Positions 12,030 to 23,205 of a DNA stretch of 64,000 bases are shown one piece after another; positions within the stretch are counted from its first letter, which is position 1, and the number at the start of each line of letters is the position of its first letter. Both the position numbers and the translations under genes were made by a program. Source of the DNA: Alphaproteobacteria bacterium (lineage in GTDB: Bacteria; Pseudomonadota; Alphaproteobacteria; UBA9219); the NCBI GenBank assembly GCA_026225415.1, contig JAMFSS010000010.1, forward strand, positions 1,338 through 65,337, given 5' to 3'. The notes under the pieces were generated by a model, which saw nothing but the letters and a program-made list of their open reading frames with translations, searched no databases and had not been told where the DNA came from.

Positions 12030-15000
12030 ATATCTCGTCACCCTTTATTCACCGACCTGTCGCGACCACTTTGCTGACACTCGGCGTAACGATGGCGGGT
12101 ATTGTCGCGTTCTTTCTATTGCCCGTGGCACCGCTGCCTCAGGTCGACTTCCCCACAATCACGGTACAGGCCGGCATGCCGGGCGCAAGCCCCGAAACCA
12201 TGGCCACAAGCGTGGCGACGCCGTTGGAGCGCCATTTGGGACAGATTGCCGATGTCGCGGAAATGACCTCGCAAAGCACAGTCGGCAACACACGTATAAC
12301 GATTCAATTCGGCATCGACCGCGATATCGATGGCGCGGCACGCGATGTACAGGCGGCCATTAATGCGGCACGCGCGGATTTGCCCGCCAGTTTGAAAACC
12401 AATCCGACTTACCGCAAAGCCAATCCGGCCGACGCGCCGATTATGATTATTGCGCTTACATCGGCCACGATGAAATCGGGCCAGATTTACGATGCCGCCT
12501 CCACCGTTCTGTCGCAAAAACTGTCGCAGATTCAGGGCGTGGGTCAGGTGACAGTGGGTGGAAGTTCTTTGCCCGCCGTTCGCATCGAATTAAATCCCAA
12601 CAGTTTGTTTAAATACGCCATTGGGTTGGAAGATGTGCGCGCCGCGATTGCCGCCACCAATGCCAACAGCCCAAAAGGCGCATTGGAAGAACAAGGCAAC
12701 CATTTTCAGCTTTTCACCAATGACCAGGCCAAACGCGCTGTTGATTACCGCAATCTGGTGGTCGCATGGCGCAATAATGCGCCGATACGCATCAGCGATT
12801 TAGGCGAAGCAACAGACTCGGTCGAGGATTTGCGCAATCAGGGTTTGTTTAATGGCGAACCTGCCGTGGTGCTGATTATCACCAAACAACCGAACGCCAA
12901 TATCATCGACACGATCGATCTTATTAAAAAGGCTTTGCCGCAACTTAAATTATCCATTCCCGCCGCCGTCGCCATGACCGTGGCATTAGACAGAACCACG
13001 ACTATACGCGCTTCGTTGCATGATGTGGAACGGACGATGGTTGTGTCGACCTTTCTGGTTATCCTTGTGGTGTTTTTGTTTTTGCGCAATGGCCGCGCCG
13101 CGATTATCCCGACGATCGCCGTTCCGGTTTCGCTTATCGGCACCTTCGGCATTATGTATCTCTGCGGTTATAGCCTCGACAATCTTTCCTTGATGGCGAT
13201 GACGATTGCGACCGGCTTTGTGGTCGATGATGCGATTGTGGTGTTGGAAAACATCACCCGCCATATCGAAGCGGGGATGCCGCGTTTCGAAGCCGCGATA
13301 TTGGGAGCGAAGGAAGTCGGCTTTACCGTTTTGTCCATGAGCCTGTCCTTGATCGCGGTTTTCACGCCCATTTTGTTGATGGGCGGCATTGTGGGGCGTC
13401 TGTTCCATGAATTTGCCATTACATTATCCGCCGCCATTGTGGTGTCGCTGTTTGTATCGCTGACCCTTACACCGATGCTGTGCGCACGTTGGCTGGGCAA
13501 GGCGGCGCATCACCGGAAACAAAACAAACGCACATTGTTGACCAGAATTTACGATGCGAGCGAAAGTTTTTTCACCCGTACGCAACGCGCCTATGATCTT
13601 TTACTGATGCGTGCCCTGCGCCATACGCGCATCGTGATGGTTATTCTGGCCGCGACATTGGCGTTGAATATCTATCTGTTTATGGTGATTCCGAAAGGCT
13701 TTTTCCCGCAACAGGATACAGGCCAAATCACCGGCGGCGTATTGGGCGATCAGGATATTTCGTTTCAGTCCATGAAACAGAAAATGGTTTCGTTCGTTGA
13801 TATCGTCAAGCAAGACCCGGCGATTGATACGGTCACCGCCTTTACCGGCGGCGGATCGACCAATTCTGGTTTTGTGTTCGCGACGCTGAAACCTTTGGGC
13901 GAACGGAAAATGTCCGCCGATGCCGTTATCGCGCGTTTGCGCAGACCGTTGAACCGCGTGCCGGGCGCATCGTTATTTTTACAGGCTGCCCAGGATTTAC
14001 GCATGGGTGGCCGCGCCGGTAACGCGCAATATCAATACACCATCCAATCCGACACTTTGGATGATCTGCGCGTATGGGCACCCAAACTGACCACCGCCAT
14101 GCAGCATGACAAGCATTTCAGCGATGTGAGCTCTGATCAGCAAGATGCGGGTTACGAAAGCGATGTTATCGTCGACCGCGACACCGCATCGAAACTGGGT
14201 TTGAATGTGACGCAGGTGGATAACACTTTATACGACGCGTTCGGCCAGCGACAGGTTTCGGTCATCTATAACGCGTTGAACCAATATCATGTGGTAATGG
14301 AAGTCGCGCCGCAATTCTGGCAAAACCCCGATACGCTGAAACAGATTTATATTAGCACGCAAGGCGGCGTCGGCGACGCAACGGCCATCGCCAATGCCGC
14401 CACCAACGCCCTCGCGGCGGCGGGGCACACAGCAGTGTCCACAGGTTCCGCCATCAGCACCAGCGCGGAAACAATGGTGCCCTTGTCGGCCATCGCCTCT
14501 GTCGCCACCAATCCCACACCTTTGTCTGTCAGCCATCAAGGGCATTTTGCGGCGACGACGATTTCCTTCAATCTGCCGATTGGCGAATCTTTAGGCGACG
14601 CGGGCAATGCCATTACCGCTTTGTCCAACAGCATCAATATGCCCACCAATGTGCATGGAAGTTTTCAGGGCACCGCGCAAGTGTTCCAGCAATCATTGGC
14701 CAACGAGCCCATCCTGATTCTTTCAGCCTTAGTGGCCGTCTATATCGTTCTTGGCATTTTGTATGAGAGCCTTATTCACCCGCTGACCATTTTGTCTACT
14801 TTGCCTTCCGCCGGTGTCGGCGCCGTTGCCGCGCTTATGCTGTGCCACATACAATTCGATATTATGGGGATGATCGGCGTTATCCTTTTGATCGGCATTG
14901 TGAAAAAGAATGCGATTTTAATGATCGATTTCGCCATATCATCACAACGCGAACAAAACACCACACCGCGCGAGGCGATTTACCATGCCTGCCTGTTGCG

Positions 15001-15235
15001 CTTCCGCCCGATTATGATGACGACGGCGGCGGCTTTGTTCGGTGCCATTCCTCTGGCTATCGGTATGGGGAATGGCGCAGAATTGCGCCGCCCTCTGGGT
15101 ATCGCCATTGTGGGCGGTTTGCTGGTCAGCCAGATGCTGACTCTGTTCACGACGCCGGTTATCTATTTGTATCTCGATAGGTTCAGCCGTTGGATTAAAA
15201 ATTCGCGGAATAAAAATCTAAGGAACAACGCATGA
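12026..15235 (+). CDS. mdtC: RND efflux permease, MdtC-like
   Basis: [38 protein letters not shown]; ATGA overlap with mdtB. Confidence 0.9.
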   Translation: MNISSPFIHRPVATTLLTLGVTMAGIVAFFLLPVAPLPQVDFPTITVQAGMPGASPETMATSVATPLERHLGQIADVAEMTSQSTVGNTRITIQFGIDRDIDGAARDVQAAINAARADLPASLKTNPTYRKANPADAPIMIIALTSATMKSGQIYDAASTVLSQKLSQIQGVGQVTVGGSSLPAVRIELNPNSLFKYAIGLEDVRAAIAATNANSPKGALEEQGNHFQLFTNDQAKRAVDYRNLVVAWRNNAPIRISDLGEATDSVEDLRNQGLFNGEPAVVLIITKQPNANIIDTIDLIKKALPQLKLSIPAAVAMTVALDRTTTIRASLHDVERTMVVSTFLVILVVFLFLRNGRAAIIPTIAVPVSLIGTFGIMYLCGYSLDNLSLMAMTIATGFVVDDAIVVLENITRHIEAGMPRFEAAILGAKEVGFTVLSMSLSLIAVFTPILLMGGIVGRLFHEFAITLSAAIVVSLFVSLTLTPMLCARWLGKAAHHRKQNKRTLLTRIYDASESFFTRTQRAYDLLLMRALRHTRIVMVILAATLALNIYLFMVIPKGFFPQQDTGQITGGVLGDQDISFQSMKQKMVSFVDIVKQDPAIDTVTAFTGGGSTNSGFVFATLKPLGERKMSADAVIARLRRPLNRVPGASLFLQAAQDLRMGGRAGNAQYQYTIQSDTLDDLRVWAPKLTTAMQHDKHFSDVSSDQQDAGYESDVIVDRDTASKLGLNVTQVDNTLYDAFGQRQVSVIYNALNQYHVVMEVAPQFWQNPDTLKQIYISTQGGVGDATAIANAATNALAAAGHTAVSTGSAISTSAETMVPLSAIASVATNPTPLSVSHQGHFAATTISFNLPIGESLGDAGNAITALSNSINMPTNVHGSFQGTAQVFQQSLANEPILILSALVAVYIVLGILYESLIHPLTILSTLPSAGVGAVAALMLCHIQFDIMGMIGVILLIGIVKKNAILMIDFAISSQREQNTTPREAIYHACLLRFRPIMMTTAAALFGAIPLAIGMGNGAELRRPLGIAIVGGLLVSQMLTLFTTPVIYLYLDRFSRWIKNSRNKNLRNNA

Positions 15236-16704
15236 AGAAAAAACTGTCGCTTCTTTCTGTTCTGCTGGCCGCCGCCTGTACGGTTGGCCCTGATTATGTG
15301 CAGCCTACCACGCCACCGTCACAGGCGTTTAAGGAAACCGGCACATGGGATCCGGCGACTCCTATGGATGATATCAATCGCGGCAACTGGTGGGTGATTT
15401 ACCAAGACCCGATTTTGAATAATCTGGAAAGCCAGATTGATATTTCCAATCAAAATCTGGCACAGGCCGAAGCCAATTACCGCGCCGCCGTCGCGATTGC
15501 CGACCAGACCCGCGCCAGCCTGTTCCCGATTATTTCCGGCACCGGCGGTGCAACGCGCAGCGGCAATGGCGGTAGCAGAGGCACAAGCACCAGCACAACC
15601 TATTCCAACACCAGTTATGCGGGCAACGGCACATCAGCCGCCAACAGCTATAATCTTTCCGCAGGCGCAAGCTGGACGATCGATATCTGGGGCCGCATCC
15701 GCCGCCAGCTGGAAAGCGACGAAGCCAATGCCCAAGCCAGCGCTGCCGATCTGGCTTCGGCGCGTTTATCCGCGCAATCGGAACTGGCTACCGATTATTT
15801 TGCCTTGCGCGTACAAGATGAACTGCAACGCCTGCTGGATAAAACCGCCGCAGACGACCAGAAGATCGTCACCATTTTGCAGAACCAGTATAATGTCGGC
15901 GTCGCCGCCCCGGGTGATTTGCTGTCGGCGCAAACGCAAATGGAAAACGCCCAAGCCGCCGCGACCAATACCGGCATCCAGCGCGCCCAGCTGGAACACG
16001 CGATTGCGGTGTTGATTGGCCGCGCCCCATCCGATTTCGCGCTTGGCGCGCAAGCAGGCACCGGTCGCATACCGGTTATCCCCGCTTCTGTCCCTTCGAC
16101 ACTTTTGCAACGCCGACCCGATATCGCCAGCGCCGAACGCAAGGCCGCAGCCGCCAATGCCGAAATAGGGGTGGCCGTCGCCGCTTATTATCCGCAATTA
16201 ACATTGTCCGCATCCTATGGTGTGGCCTCGACATTGCTCAGCAATCTGGTCAGCGCCACGACAACCGTGTGGTCGTTTGGCGCGTCCGCCGCTGATAACA
16301 TTATCGATTTCGGCGCACGCGATGCAGCCACGGCCGAAGCCCGCGCTAATTTCGATGCGTCGGTTGCCCTGTATCGCCAAACCGTCTTAACGGCGTTCCA
16401 AAATGTCGAAGATAATCTGGCGGCACAACGCATTCTGGTGACACAGGAAAAACAACAGGCCAAGGCAACAGCCGATGCGCAAAAAGCCGAACAGATTGCC
16501 CTGAACCAGTACAAGGAAGGCATCGTGCCTTACAACACCGTGTTGACCGCACAGATTGTGGCGTTAGGCGATGAACAGGCTTCGTTGACCGTGACCAGCA
16601 ACCGTCTGGCGGCCAGTGTCGCCTTGATCGAAGCCTTGGGCGGCGGTTGGGATGCCAAGCAATTGCCGGATGTGAGCGGGCCGATTATCCCCAACCCCCT
16701 TTAA
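15232..16704 (+). CDS. NodT/OprM-family outer-membrane efflux lipoprotein
   Basis: Lipobox AAAC-TVGPDY, LLQRRPDIASAER, LIEALGGGW. Confidence 0.93.
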   Translation: MKKKLSLLSVLLAAACTVGPDYVQPTTPPSQAFKETGTWDPATPMDDINRGNWWVIYQDPILNNLESQIDISNQNLAQAEANYRAAVAIADQTRASLFPIISGTGGATRSGNGGSRGTSTSTTYSNTSYAGNGTSAANSYNLSAGASWTIDIWGRIRRQLESDEANAQASAADLASARLSAQSELATDYFALRVQDELQRLLDKTAADDQKIVTILQNQYNVGVAAPGDLLSAQTQMENAQAAATNTGIQRAQLEHAIAVLIGRAPSDFALGAQAGTGRIPVIPASVPSTLLQRRPDIASAERKAAAANAEIGVAVAAYYPQLTLSASYGVASTLLSNLVSATTTVWSFGASAADNIIDFGARDAATAEARANFDASVALYRQTVLTAFQNVEDNLAAQRILVTQEKQQAKATADAQKAEQIALNQYKEGIVPYNTVLTAQIVALGDEQASLTVTSNRLAASVALIEALGGGWDAKQLPDVSGPIIPNPL

Positions 16705-16799
16705 CGAACCAATTGTAATATAAGGAATTTGTGGTTATTTGCGTCACCCGCTGTCTCGTGATACGCATTACCCCCTTTGCCACAACATAAAAGTTAACA

Positions 16800-17750
16800 A
16801 TGCAAGCGCTGGAATTTGAAAAATCGGTTATCGATCTGGAAACCAAGATTGAGGAGCTGCGCCATCTGTCCGACGGCGGCCGCGTCAATATCGCGTCGGA
16901 AATAGGCAAGCTTCAGGATAAGGTCAATAAACAGTTGCAAGGCCTCTATGGCAAGCTGACGCCTGCGCAAAAAGTGCAAGTGGCGCGCCATGCCAACCGC
17001 CCGCATTGCCTTGACTACATACGTGGGCTTATCGAAGATTTCACGCCCTTGGCAGGCGACCGCGATTTTGCCGAAGATCAGGCTATCATCGGCGGCTTGG
17101 GCCGTTTCCGCGGGCAATCCTGTGTTATCATCGGACAGGAACGCGGCCACGATACCGAAAGCCGCATCCGTCATAATTTCGGCATGGCCAAACCCGAAGG
17201 TTACCGTAAGGCGCAACGTTTGATGAAACTGGCCGACCGCTTTGGTTTGCCCATTATCACTTTGGTCGATACTGCCGGTGCGTTTCCCGGTGTGGATGCC
17301 GAAGCGCGCGGCCAGGCCGAAGCCATTGCCCGTTCGATCGAAGTTTGTTTGCAAGTCGGCGTGCCGCTTGTGGCCTGCGTTATTGGCGAAGGCGGTTCGG
17401 GCGGCGCGATTGCCTTGGCAGCCGGCGACCGCGTTTTGATGTTGGAACATGCGATCTATTCGGTGATTTCACCCGAAGGTTGCGCATCGATTTTGTGGCG
17501 CAGCGCAACCCATGCGGCGGATGCCGCGGCGGCCTTGCGTTTAACGGCACAGGATTTATTACAGCTGGGCATCATCGACCGTATTATCGCCGAACCGTTG
17601 GGCGGCGCGCATCGCGATCACGCGCAAATTATCGCCAGCGTTGGCGATGCGATTGGCGCGGCGATTGGCGAAACGGTGGGTCTGGACAAGAAAACGCTTG
17701 TCGCCCTGCGTCATGAAAAATTCCTGAATATGGGACAGAAAAGCCTTTAG
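16800..17750 (+). CDS. accA: Acetyl-CoA carboxylase carboxyltransferase alpha
   Basis: [42 protein letters not shown]. Confidence 0.98.
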   Translation: MQALEFEKSVIDLETKIEELRHLSDGGRVNIASEIGKLQDKVNKQLQGLYGKLTPAQKVQVARHANRPHCLDYIRGLIEDFTPLAGDRDFAEDQAIIGGLGRFRGQSCVIIGQERGHDTESRIRHNFGMAKPEGYRKAQRLMKLADRFGLPIITLVDTAGAFPGVDAEARGQAEAIARSIEVCLQVGVPLVACVIGEGGSGGAIALAAGDRVLMLEHAIYSVISPEGCASILWRSATHAADAAAALRLTAQDLLQLGIIDRIIAEPLGGAHRDHAQIIASVGDAIGAAIGETVGLDKKTLVALRHEKFLNMGQKSL

Positions 17751-18163
17751 GCTTTTTTCTGGTTGAGTTCTAACCAGCGCATGACTTCCACCATTTTCTT
17801 GGAAACCACGCCGAGGGTAACAGGTTTGATCAGATAGGCGGTCGCGCCAGACTTGACCGCGTCTATCACCTGTTCTTTGTCCGAAATGGATGTGACCATA
17901 ACAAACGCTGTGCGTTTGAAATGCGGTTGCTGACGAAAATACTTTAACACATCGATGCCGGATATTTCGGGCATTTCCCAATCCAGAAAAACGATGTCGT
18001 AGGGTTTTCTGTTAAAATCGGCTTCAAGGATTTTGGTGCGCGCCACGCGGCCATTGGGCGCCAGATCGATTTCGGGATCGCCTTCGGTGCGTAAAGCGTC
18101 CACAAGCGCATCGCGCATCATGGGATCATCGTCCGTGACAAGAATTTTAAGCCGGTTAGACAC
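17747..18163 (-). CDS. Single-domain response regulator (CheY-like receiver)
   Basis: [31 protein letters not shown]. Confidence 0.9.
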   Translation of the reverse strand: MSNRLKILVTDDDPMMRDALVDALRTEGDPEIDLAPNGRVARTKILEADFNRKPYDIVFLDWEMPEISGIDVLKYFRQQPHFKRTAFVMVTSISDKEQVIDAVKSGATAYLIKPVTLGVVSKKMVEVMRWLELNQKKA

Positions 18164-18236
18164 GCAAAGCCTTTGTCTGTTATAAGAAACGCAACGCCCG
18201 ATTGTCCCCTATAATAACTTAGGAAGTGTTAACCCT

Positions 18237-18821
18237 ATGTTTCCCCGCATCATTATCGCCACCCATAATGACGGCAAATTACAAGAATTTGCCCAGCTGC
18301 TGCGTCCCTATGTTTCCGAAATCGTTTCGGCGGGCAGCCTCGGCCTGCCCTCGCCCGAAGAAACGGGTGCAACTTTTGCCGAAAATGCCATTTTGAAAGC
18401 CAAGGCTGCGTCACTGGCCACTGGTTCCCTGGCTTTGGCGGATGACAGCGGGTTATGCGTCACCGCATTAAATGGCGATCCCGGTATTTTCTCGGCGCGA
18501 TGGGCAGAACCCAAAAATAATTTCGCCTTTGCCATGCAGCGTATTCAAAATGAGTTGGGCGATGCAACCGACCGTTCGGCCTATTTCATTTGCGTGTTGG
18601 CTTTGTATTGGCCGGACGGGCGGCATAAGACTATCGAAGGTCGCATCGACGGCATCATCGCCCCCGTACCACGCGGCGCCCAAGGCCACGGCTATGACCC
18701 GATTTTTCAACCTGTCAGCGACGACCGCACTTTTGCGGAAATGCCTGAGGGCGAAAAAAACGCCATCAGCCACCGCGGAATCGCGACGCGTTTGCTGGTT
18801 GAAAAATTCTTTCAAAATTAG
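18237..18821 (+). CDS. rdgB: RdgB/HAM1 non-canonical purine NTP pyrophosphatase
   Basis: IATHNDGK, ADDSGL, GHGYDPIF, KNAISHRG. Confidence 0.95.
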   Translation: MFPRIIIATHNDGKLQEFAQLLRPYVSEIVSAGSLGLPSPEETGATFAENAILKAKAASLATGSLALADDSGLCVTALNGDPGIFSARWAEPKNNFAFAMQRIQNELGDATDRSAYFICVLALYWPDGRHKTIEGRIDGIIAPVPRGAQGHGYDPIFQPVSDDRTFAEMPEGEKNAISHRGIATRLLVEKFFQN

Positions 18822-18948
18822 GCCTTTCACCTATCCGCGCCTCCATACAACTATCCTGAATTATTCATACATATCAGCAAGATAACCAAAGCCCATAAAC
18901 TGTTTCGAATTTCGAATTTCTGCATTTTACCGCAAATACACTGCAAAC

Positions 18949-18963
18949 TTAACAGCCCATCAA
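18949..18963. promoter_or_regulatory. CtrA-like box upstream of the tadE-tadE-tadG genes
   Basis: TTAA-CAGCCCA-TCAA, one mismatch to TTAA-N7-TTAA. Confidence 0.35.
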
Positions 18964-18985
18964 TGCGTTGGTGGGATACTGATAC

Positions 18986-19510
18986 TTGAAATTCCCCGTA
19001 TTTTCAGGTGCATCCGTGATTGGGCTGTGGTCATACAAAACGAAAAAACACGCCAAACACCGTGGCTCTGTCGCCGTGGAAATGGCGATGATCGCGCCCG
19101 CGTTTTTTCTGTTGCTGATCGGCGTCACCGAAATGTGCCTGATGATCGGCGCGCAGCAATTATTGGAAAGCGCGACCTACAACACATCGCGCCTCGCCAA
19201 AACCGGCTACAGCGCCACCGGCCAGACACAGGCGCAAAGCGTCACGCAGATTCTGAACACCGAATTGCAAAGCTATGGCGCCCTGATCAACACCGCCAAT
19301 GTGACGATGACCGAAGCCGATTATAACAGTTTCAGCGCGGCGGCGGCGGGCGGCGGCACTTCGGGTTACGGCACCCAGCAACAGATTGTTGTGTACACCG
19401 TCACCTATCCGTGGAAACTTTTCACGCCGATCATGTCGACTCTTATCGGCACCAACGGCTTCTTTAACCTGAGTTCAAAGATCGTGGTCCGCAATGAACC
19501 TTTTGGGTAA
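18986..19510 (+). CDS. TadE-family pseudopilin
   Basis: Prepilin-like RG-SVAVEMAMIAPAFFLLLIG; C-terminal VVRNEPF. Confidence 0.88.
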   Translation: MKFPVFSGASVIGLWSYKTKKHAKHRGSVAVEMAMIAPAFFLLLIGVTEMCLMIGAQQLLESATYNTSRLAKTGYSATGQTQAQSVTQILNTELQSYGALINTANVTMTEADYNSFSAAAAGGGTSGYGTQQQIVVYTVTYPWKLFTPIMSTLIGTNGFFNLSSKIVVRNEPFG

Positions 19511-20066
19511 ATTTCGCCAACGTTTGTGGCAACGCACTCAGCGCGGCATCGCGGCGGTCGAATTCGCGCTGACGCTGCCGATATGGATTGCCATGCTGAT
19601 GGGGGTCGGCGACGGCAGTTATTATTTGCTGGTTAATGAAAAATGCGACCGCATCGCCTACAGCGTCACCGACATCGTCACGCAATATTCGACCATTACC
19701 AAAGCCAATCTGAATGACATTCTTTTGGCCACGAGCCAGTTGATGAACCCTTTTCCTTTCGGCGCGAATGGGGTTGTTGTCATATCATCCATTTTTCAAC
19801 CGTCGACCGGATCGCCGATTGTCGAATGGCAATATAGCGGCGGCGGCACCTTGGCGAGCCAATCAAGCAAAATCGGCAGCACCAACGGCAACGCCGTCCT
19901 GCCCAACGGGTTGACATTGAACGCCAATGACAATGTGATTATTTCCGAAGTCTATTATCATTTCACGCCTTTGTTTGTGAGCGAGAAGATTTTCAACAGC
20001 CAGACCATCTATAGGGTTGCCGTTTATAAACCGCGCCTCAGCCCGCTCGTCACGCCACCGACCTAG
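19494..20066 (+). CDS. TadE/TadF-family pseudopilin
   Basis: RG-IAAVEFALTLPIWIAML; VIISEVYYHFTPL..PR. Confidence 0.88.
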   Translation: MNLLGKFRQRLWQRTQRGIAAVEFALTLPIWIAMLMGVGDGSYYLLVNEKCDRIAYSVTDIVTQYSTITKANLNDILLATSQLMNPFPFGANGVVVISSIFQPSTGSPIVEWQYSGGGTLASQSSKIGSTNGNAVLPNGLTLNANDNVIISEVYYHFTPLFVSEKIFNSQTIYRVAVYKPRLSPLVTPPT

Positions 20067-20075
20067 GAGAGCAAG

Positions 20076-21641
20076 ATGTTCACCTTTTTATGCAAAAAAT
20101 TCCAACAGTTCCTGCGTTCGGAACGCGGGATGACTTTGCCGCTCACGGCCCTGTCGATGGTCGCCGCGGTTGTTTTATCGGGCATTGCGGTCGATACCGG
20201 CCGCGCCCAGATGGTGCAATCGAAACTGCAATTCTCGTTGGATGCGGCGGGGCTTGCCGCCGGTTCAACGGTCAGCACCTCCACGCTTAACACCGAAGTC
20301 GCCAAATATCTGAACGCCAATTTCAACGGCTATATGGGGTCGACCTTGACGGGATCTTCCGTGGTCGCCAACAGCGCCAATACGACTTTCACTTTGTCGG
20401 CCACGGCGACAGTGCCTTCAACCTTTATGGGCGTGGTGGGCGTAAACACCATTACCGTCACCGCCAATTCGCAAATCTCGCGCGCCGTGACAGGTTTGGA
20501 ATTGGTTATGGTGTTGGATAATACGGGATCGATGGCCGATTCGGCGGGCGGCAGCACCAGCAAAATTCAGGCCCTGCAAACCGCCGCCAATACGTTAGTC
20601 ACCACCTTGTTCGGCGGCGCGTCAACATCGACCAATGGCAAATTATGGGTGGGCATCGTGCCTTTTTCCCAGGCCGTCAATGTTGGCACCACGCACACCA
20701 CATGGATGAACACGACCTTTGACAACGCCATCAGCACGATGCCGGTGACGCAGGGCCCCGGTTGGGGCACGACCAGCTGGAGCGGTTGCGTGGATGCGCG
20801 CCAAAGCGGTTATGATGTGACGGATGATCCCCCCTCATCAAGCAACACCAACACGTTATTCGATACCTATTATTGGCCGAGCGATAACCTGACTTATGGC
20901 TCGCCTTACAACAACACGCCCAATGCCGCGTATAATGATTGGGCGACGCCGGTTTACAATAAATGCGTAACATCACGCGGCCATACGACTTGTTCGTCCA
21001 GCTCGTCCTGTACGGCCAACAGCTCTACAACATGCACCATCACGAGTTATACTTACCCGTCGAATATGGGTACAAGCACAGAGGGCCCTAATTTGCTGTG
21101 CCCGCAACAGGTCACGCCGATGACCAATTCCGCGACCACTTTGACCACCGCCATTAACGGCATGGTGGCGCAAGGCGATACCGTTATCAGCGAAGGCATG
21201 GCATGGGGTTGGCGCATGTTGTCGCCGCGCTGGCAGGGGCAATGGGGCGGCACGATGAACGCCAATAATCTGCCGCTGGCCTACAACACAACAGGCATGA
21301 TCAAGGCGCTGGTGTTGGTTACCGACGGTGAAAATACAATCGATAACACGGCGCATGGCGCTTATTGGTTTTTGGAAAATAACCGCGTTGGCTCTACAAA
21401 CAGTACAACTGCAGTAAGTGATATGGACAGCAAAACCCTGTCGATATGCACTGCGATGAAGGCGCAGGGGATTTACATTTACACGATCGGGCTTGGCACC
21501 GATGGCGGCATCAACACCGCCGAATTGCAGAGTTGCGCGACGGCGGTGAATTATGCCTTCACATCACCAACCACAACGCAGCTGTCGGGCATCTTTAGCG
21601 CGATTGGGGATTCATTATCGAATTTGCGGGTGAGCAAGTAA
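20076..21641 (+). CDS. TadG-like pilus protein with vWA domain
   Basis: ERG-MTLPL..GIAVDTGR..LDAAGLAA; MIDAS-like VLDNTGSM; GMAWGWRMLSP; LVTDGEN. Confidence 0.88.
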   Translation: MFTFLCKKFQQFLRSERGMTLPLTALSMVAAVVLSGIAVDTGRAQMVQSKLQFSLDAAGLAAGSTVSTSTLNTEVAKYLNANFNGYMGSTLTGSSVVANSANTTFTLSATATVPSTFMGVVGVNTITVTANSQISRAVTGLELVMVLDNTGSMADSAGGSTSKIQALQTAANTLVTTLFGGASTSTNGKLWVGIVPFSQAVNVGTTHTTWMNTTFDNAISTMPVTQGPGWGTTSWSGCVDARQSGYDVTDDPPSSSNTNTLFDTYYWPSDNLTYGSPYNNTPNAAYNDWATPVYNKCVTSRGHTTCSSSSSCTANSSTTCTITSYTYPSNMGTSTEGPNLLCPQQVTPMTNSATTLTTAINGMVAQGDTVISEGMAWGWRMLSPRWQGQWGGTMNANNLPLAYNTTGMIKALVLVTDGENTIDNTAHGAYWFLENNRVGSTNSTTAVSDMDSKTLSICTAMKAQGIYIYTIGLGTDGGINTAELQSCATAVNYAFTSPTTTQLSGIFSAIGDSLSNLRVSK

Positions 21642-21646
21642 TCGCG

Positions 21647-21976
21647 CTACAATGCTAACATAGGATGTTCAATGCCTGCAGCAACCAACTTTTTAAAAGA
21701 AGAAGAAAAACGAGGGCGTATTTTTGCAATACACGCCTCGCGCTGAGGATCGGGAACCACTCGCAACATAGCTGCCGCAAGGTCACAGGCAACATAAGCA
21801 CTTAATGCAGCCACGGGCTGCGCAAAATCAAAAGCACTATCAATAAAAGAAGCCGCCAGTTTAGGTTGCCCCACACAATCTGCGGCAATCTCGTCGATAA
21901 TCCTTGATGCGGTATAAGGATAGGTCGCAACGCATTGTTCAACTTCCCAAAGTCTTGCAACAACATTATCGGTCAT
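21647..21976 (-). CDS. Hypothetical protein (orphan)
   Basis: 109-aa ORF with AGGA upstream; somewhat AT-richer. Confidence 0.5.
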   Translation of the reverse strand: MTDNVVARLWEVEQCVATYPYTASRIIDEIAADCVGQPKLAASFIDSAFDFAQPVAALSAYVACDLAAAMLRVVPDPQREACIAKIRPRFSSSFKKLVAAGIEHPMLAL

Positions 21977-22006
21977 AACAATTCCTTTCTAAATATCTTA
22001 AAAGGA

Positions 22007-22921
22007 TTAAACCGCTTCCCTCATCCGGAAATCATACATATCGTCATCGCTGCCTTCGGTCGGCGCGGGCGTGGCGGGTTTTTCGCCGCCACGGCGATTG
22101 CGGCCAACGGCTTCGGCCATCAATGATATCAACGCGCTGGCCATGCCAAACAACTGCATCGCTTCATCCACCGATGGTGTTGTTTCCGCCAAAATCAACG
22201 GATTGCGGTAATGGTCTTTGACCTGCGCCAGCATTTGGATAACGCGTTTGTCGGGGCGGGTTTCGCGGTCTTCTTCTTCCGACAGGGCGGCCAATTTCTT
22301 CAGATACAGAGCATAGGTGCGTTCATTCTTGGCGGGCGCGGAACCGGCAAACACTTCGTAATAGCCGCGCAGCATCATTTCGACTGCGCGCAACGCATGG
22401 GTGATGCAGGCGGTGCCCATATCGAATGCCAAAGCGCGACCCGATGCCGCAAATTCATTTTGCGCCGCAACGGGGATAGAGGCGCGCAGGCTGTCCGAGA
22501 AAATTTCCTGGGCATTTTCCGCCAGATCATAGGTCGAATAAATGCCGCGTTTGCCGGCCACATAAGTTGGGGCGCGATTTAATTCCGCCGCCAAAGCATG
22601 TTCAAATTTTTCAACTAAAGTTGCCAGCATCGCGAGTTCATGCGTGTCGATGCGGTCTTCGGTATTTTCGGTTTTCAATTGGCGGGTGGAAGGATCGATG
22701 AAATAACGATTGAAGATGGAACCGATTTTATTCAGAAGTTTAACGGCATCGGATTTGGAAGTGGAAAGCGTGACGACATCGCCCTTGATAAAACTGTCCA
22801 ACATCGTTTGCGCGTCGCTGAGCGGCGCGAACATATCGTTGACGCGCAATTCGGCGCAACCGACAAGCGCGTGAAGCTTGGCACCCAATTCATAAATGCG
22901 ATAGGCGTTCAGTTGTTTCAT
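22007..22921 (-). CDS. Hypothetical protein with HEPN-like C-terminal helical domain
   Basis: EFAASGRALAF..TACITHALRAVE..VKDHYRNPLIL..DEAMQLF resembles HEPN-type proteins, but the Rx4H His is missing. Confidence 0.6.
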   Translation of the reverse strand: MKQLNAYRIYELGAKLHALVGCAELRVNDMFAPLSDAQTMLDSFIKGDVVTLSTSKSDAVKLLNKIGSIFNRYFIDPSTRQLKTENTEDRIDTHELAMLATLVEKFEHALAAELNRAPTYVAGKRGIYSTYDLAENAQEIFSDSLRASIPVAAQNEFAASGRALAFDMGTACITHALRAVEMMLRGYYEVFAGSAPAKNERTYALYLKKLAALSEEEDRETRPDKRVIQMLAQVKDHYRNPLILAETTPSVDEAMQLFGMASALISLMAEAVGRNRRGGEKPATPAPTEGSDDDMYDFRMREAV

Positions 22922-23205
22922 GGCGTCAATCTTTGTCTAATGTTTGCCCGCGCACAATAGCGAAGAGGCACTTTTTGAAAGCGAATAACAATTTACCCTT
23001 CAAACGGGTATTTTCTATCCTTTCGGGTTACGAAACGGCATTAGTTTCGTCAATCAGTTATTATGGTTAACGCACATATATCCTTGTGGCACCGCAAAAA
23101 CCATTCGTTAACGCGACATATTATAACACCTAAAAGGGCTTGGGAGAATCATCGCAATAGTTGATAATCGCGGTCGATAATTCCCCTTTTTGCACAGGAA
23201 TAGCC

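Noticed and set aside
23060-23125. NrdR boxes upstream of thyX
   Set aside because: CAC..GTG spacing does not fit the 16-bp consensus; too weak to call
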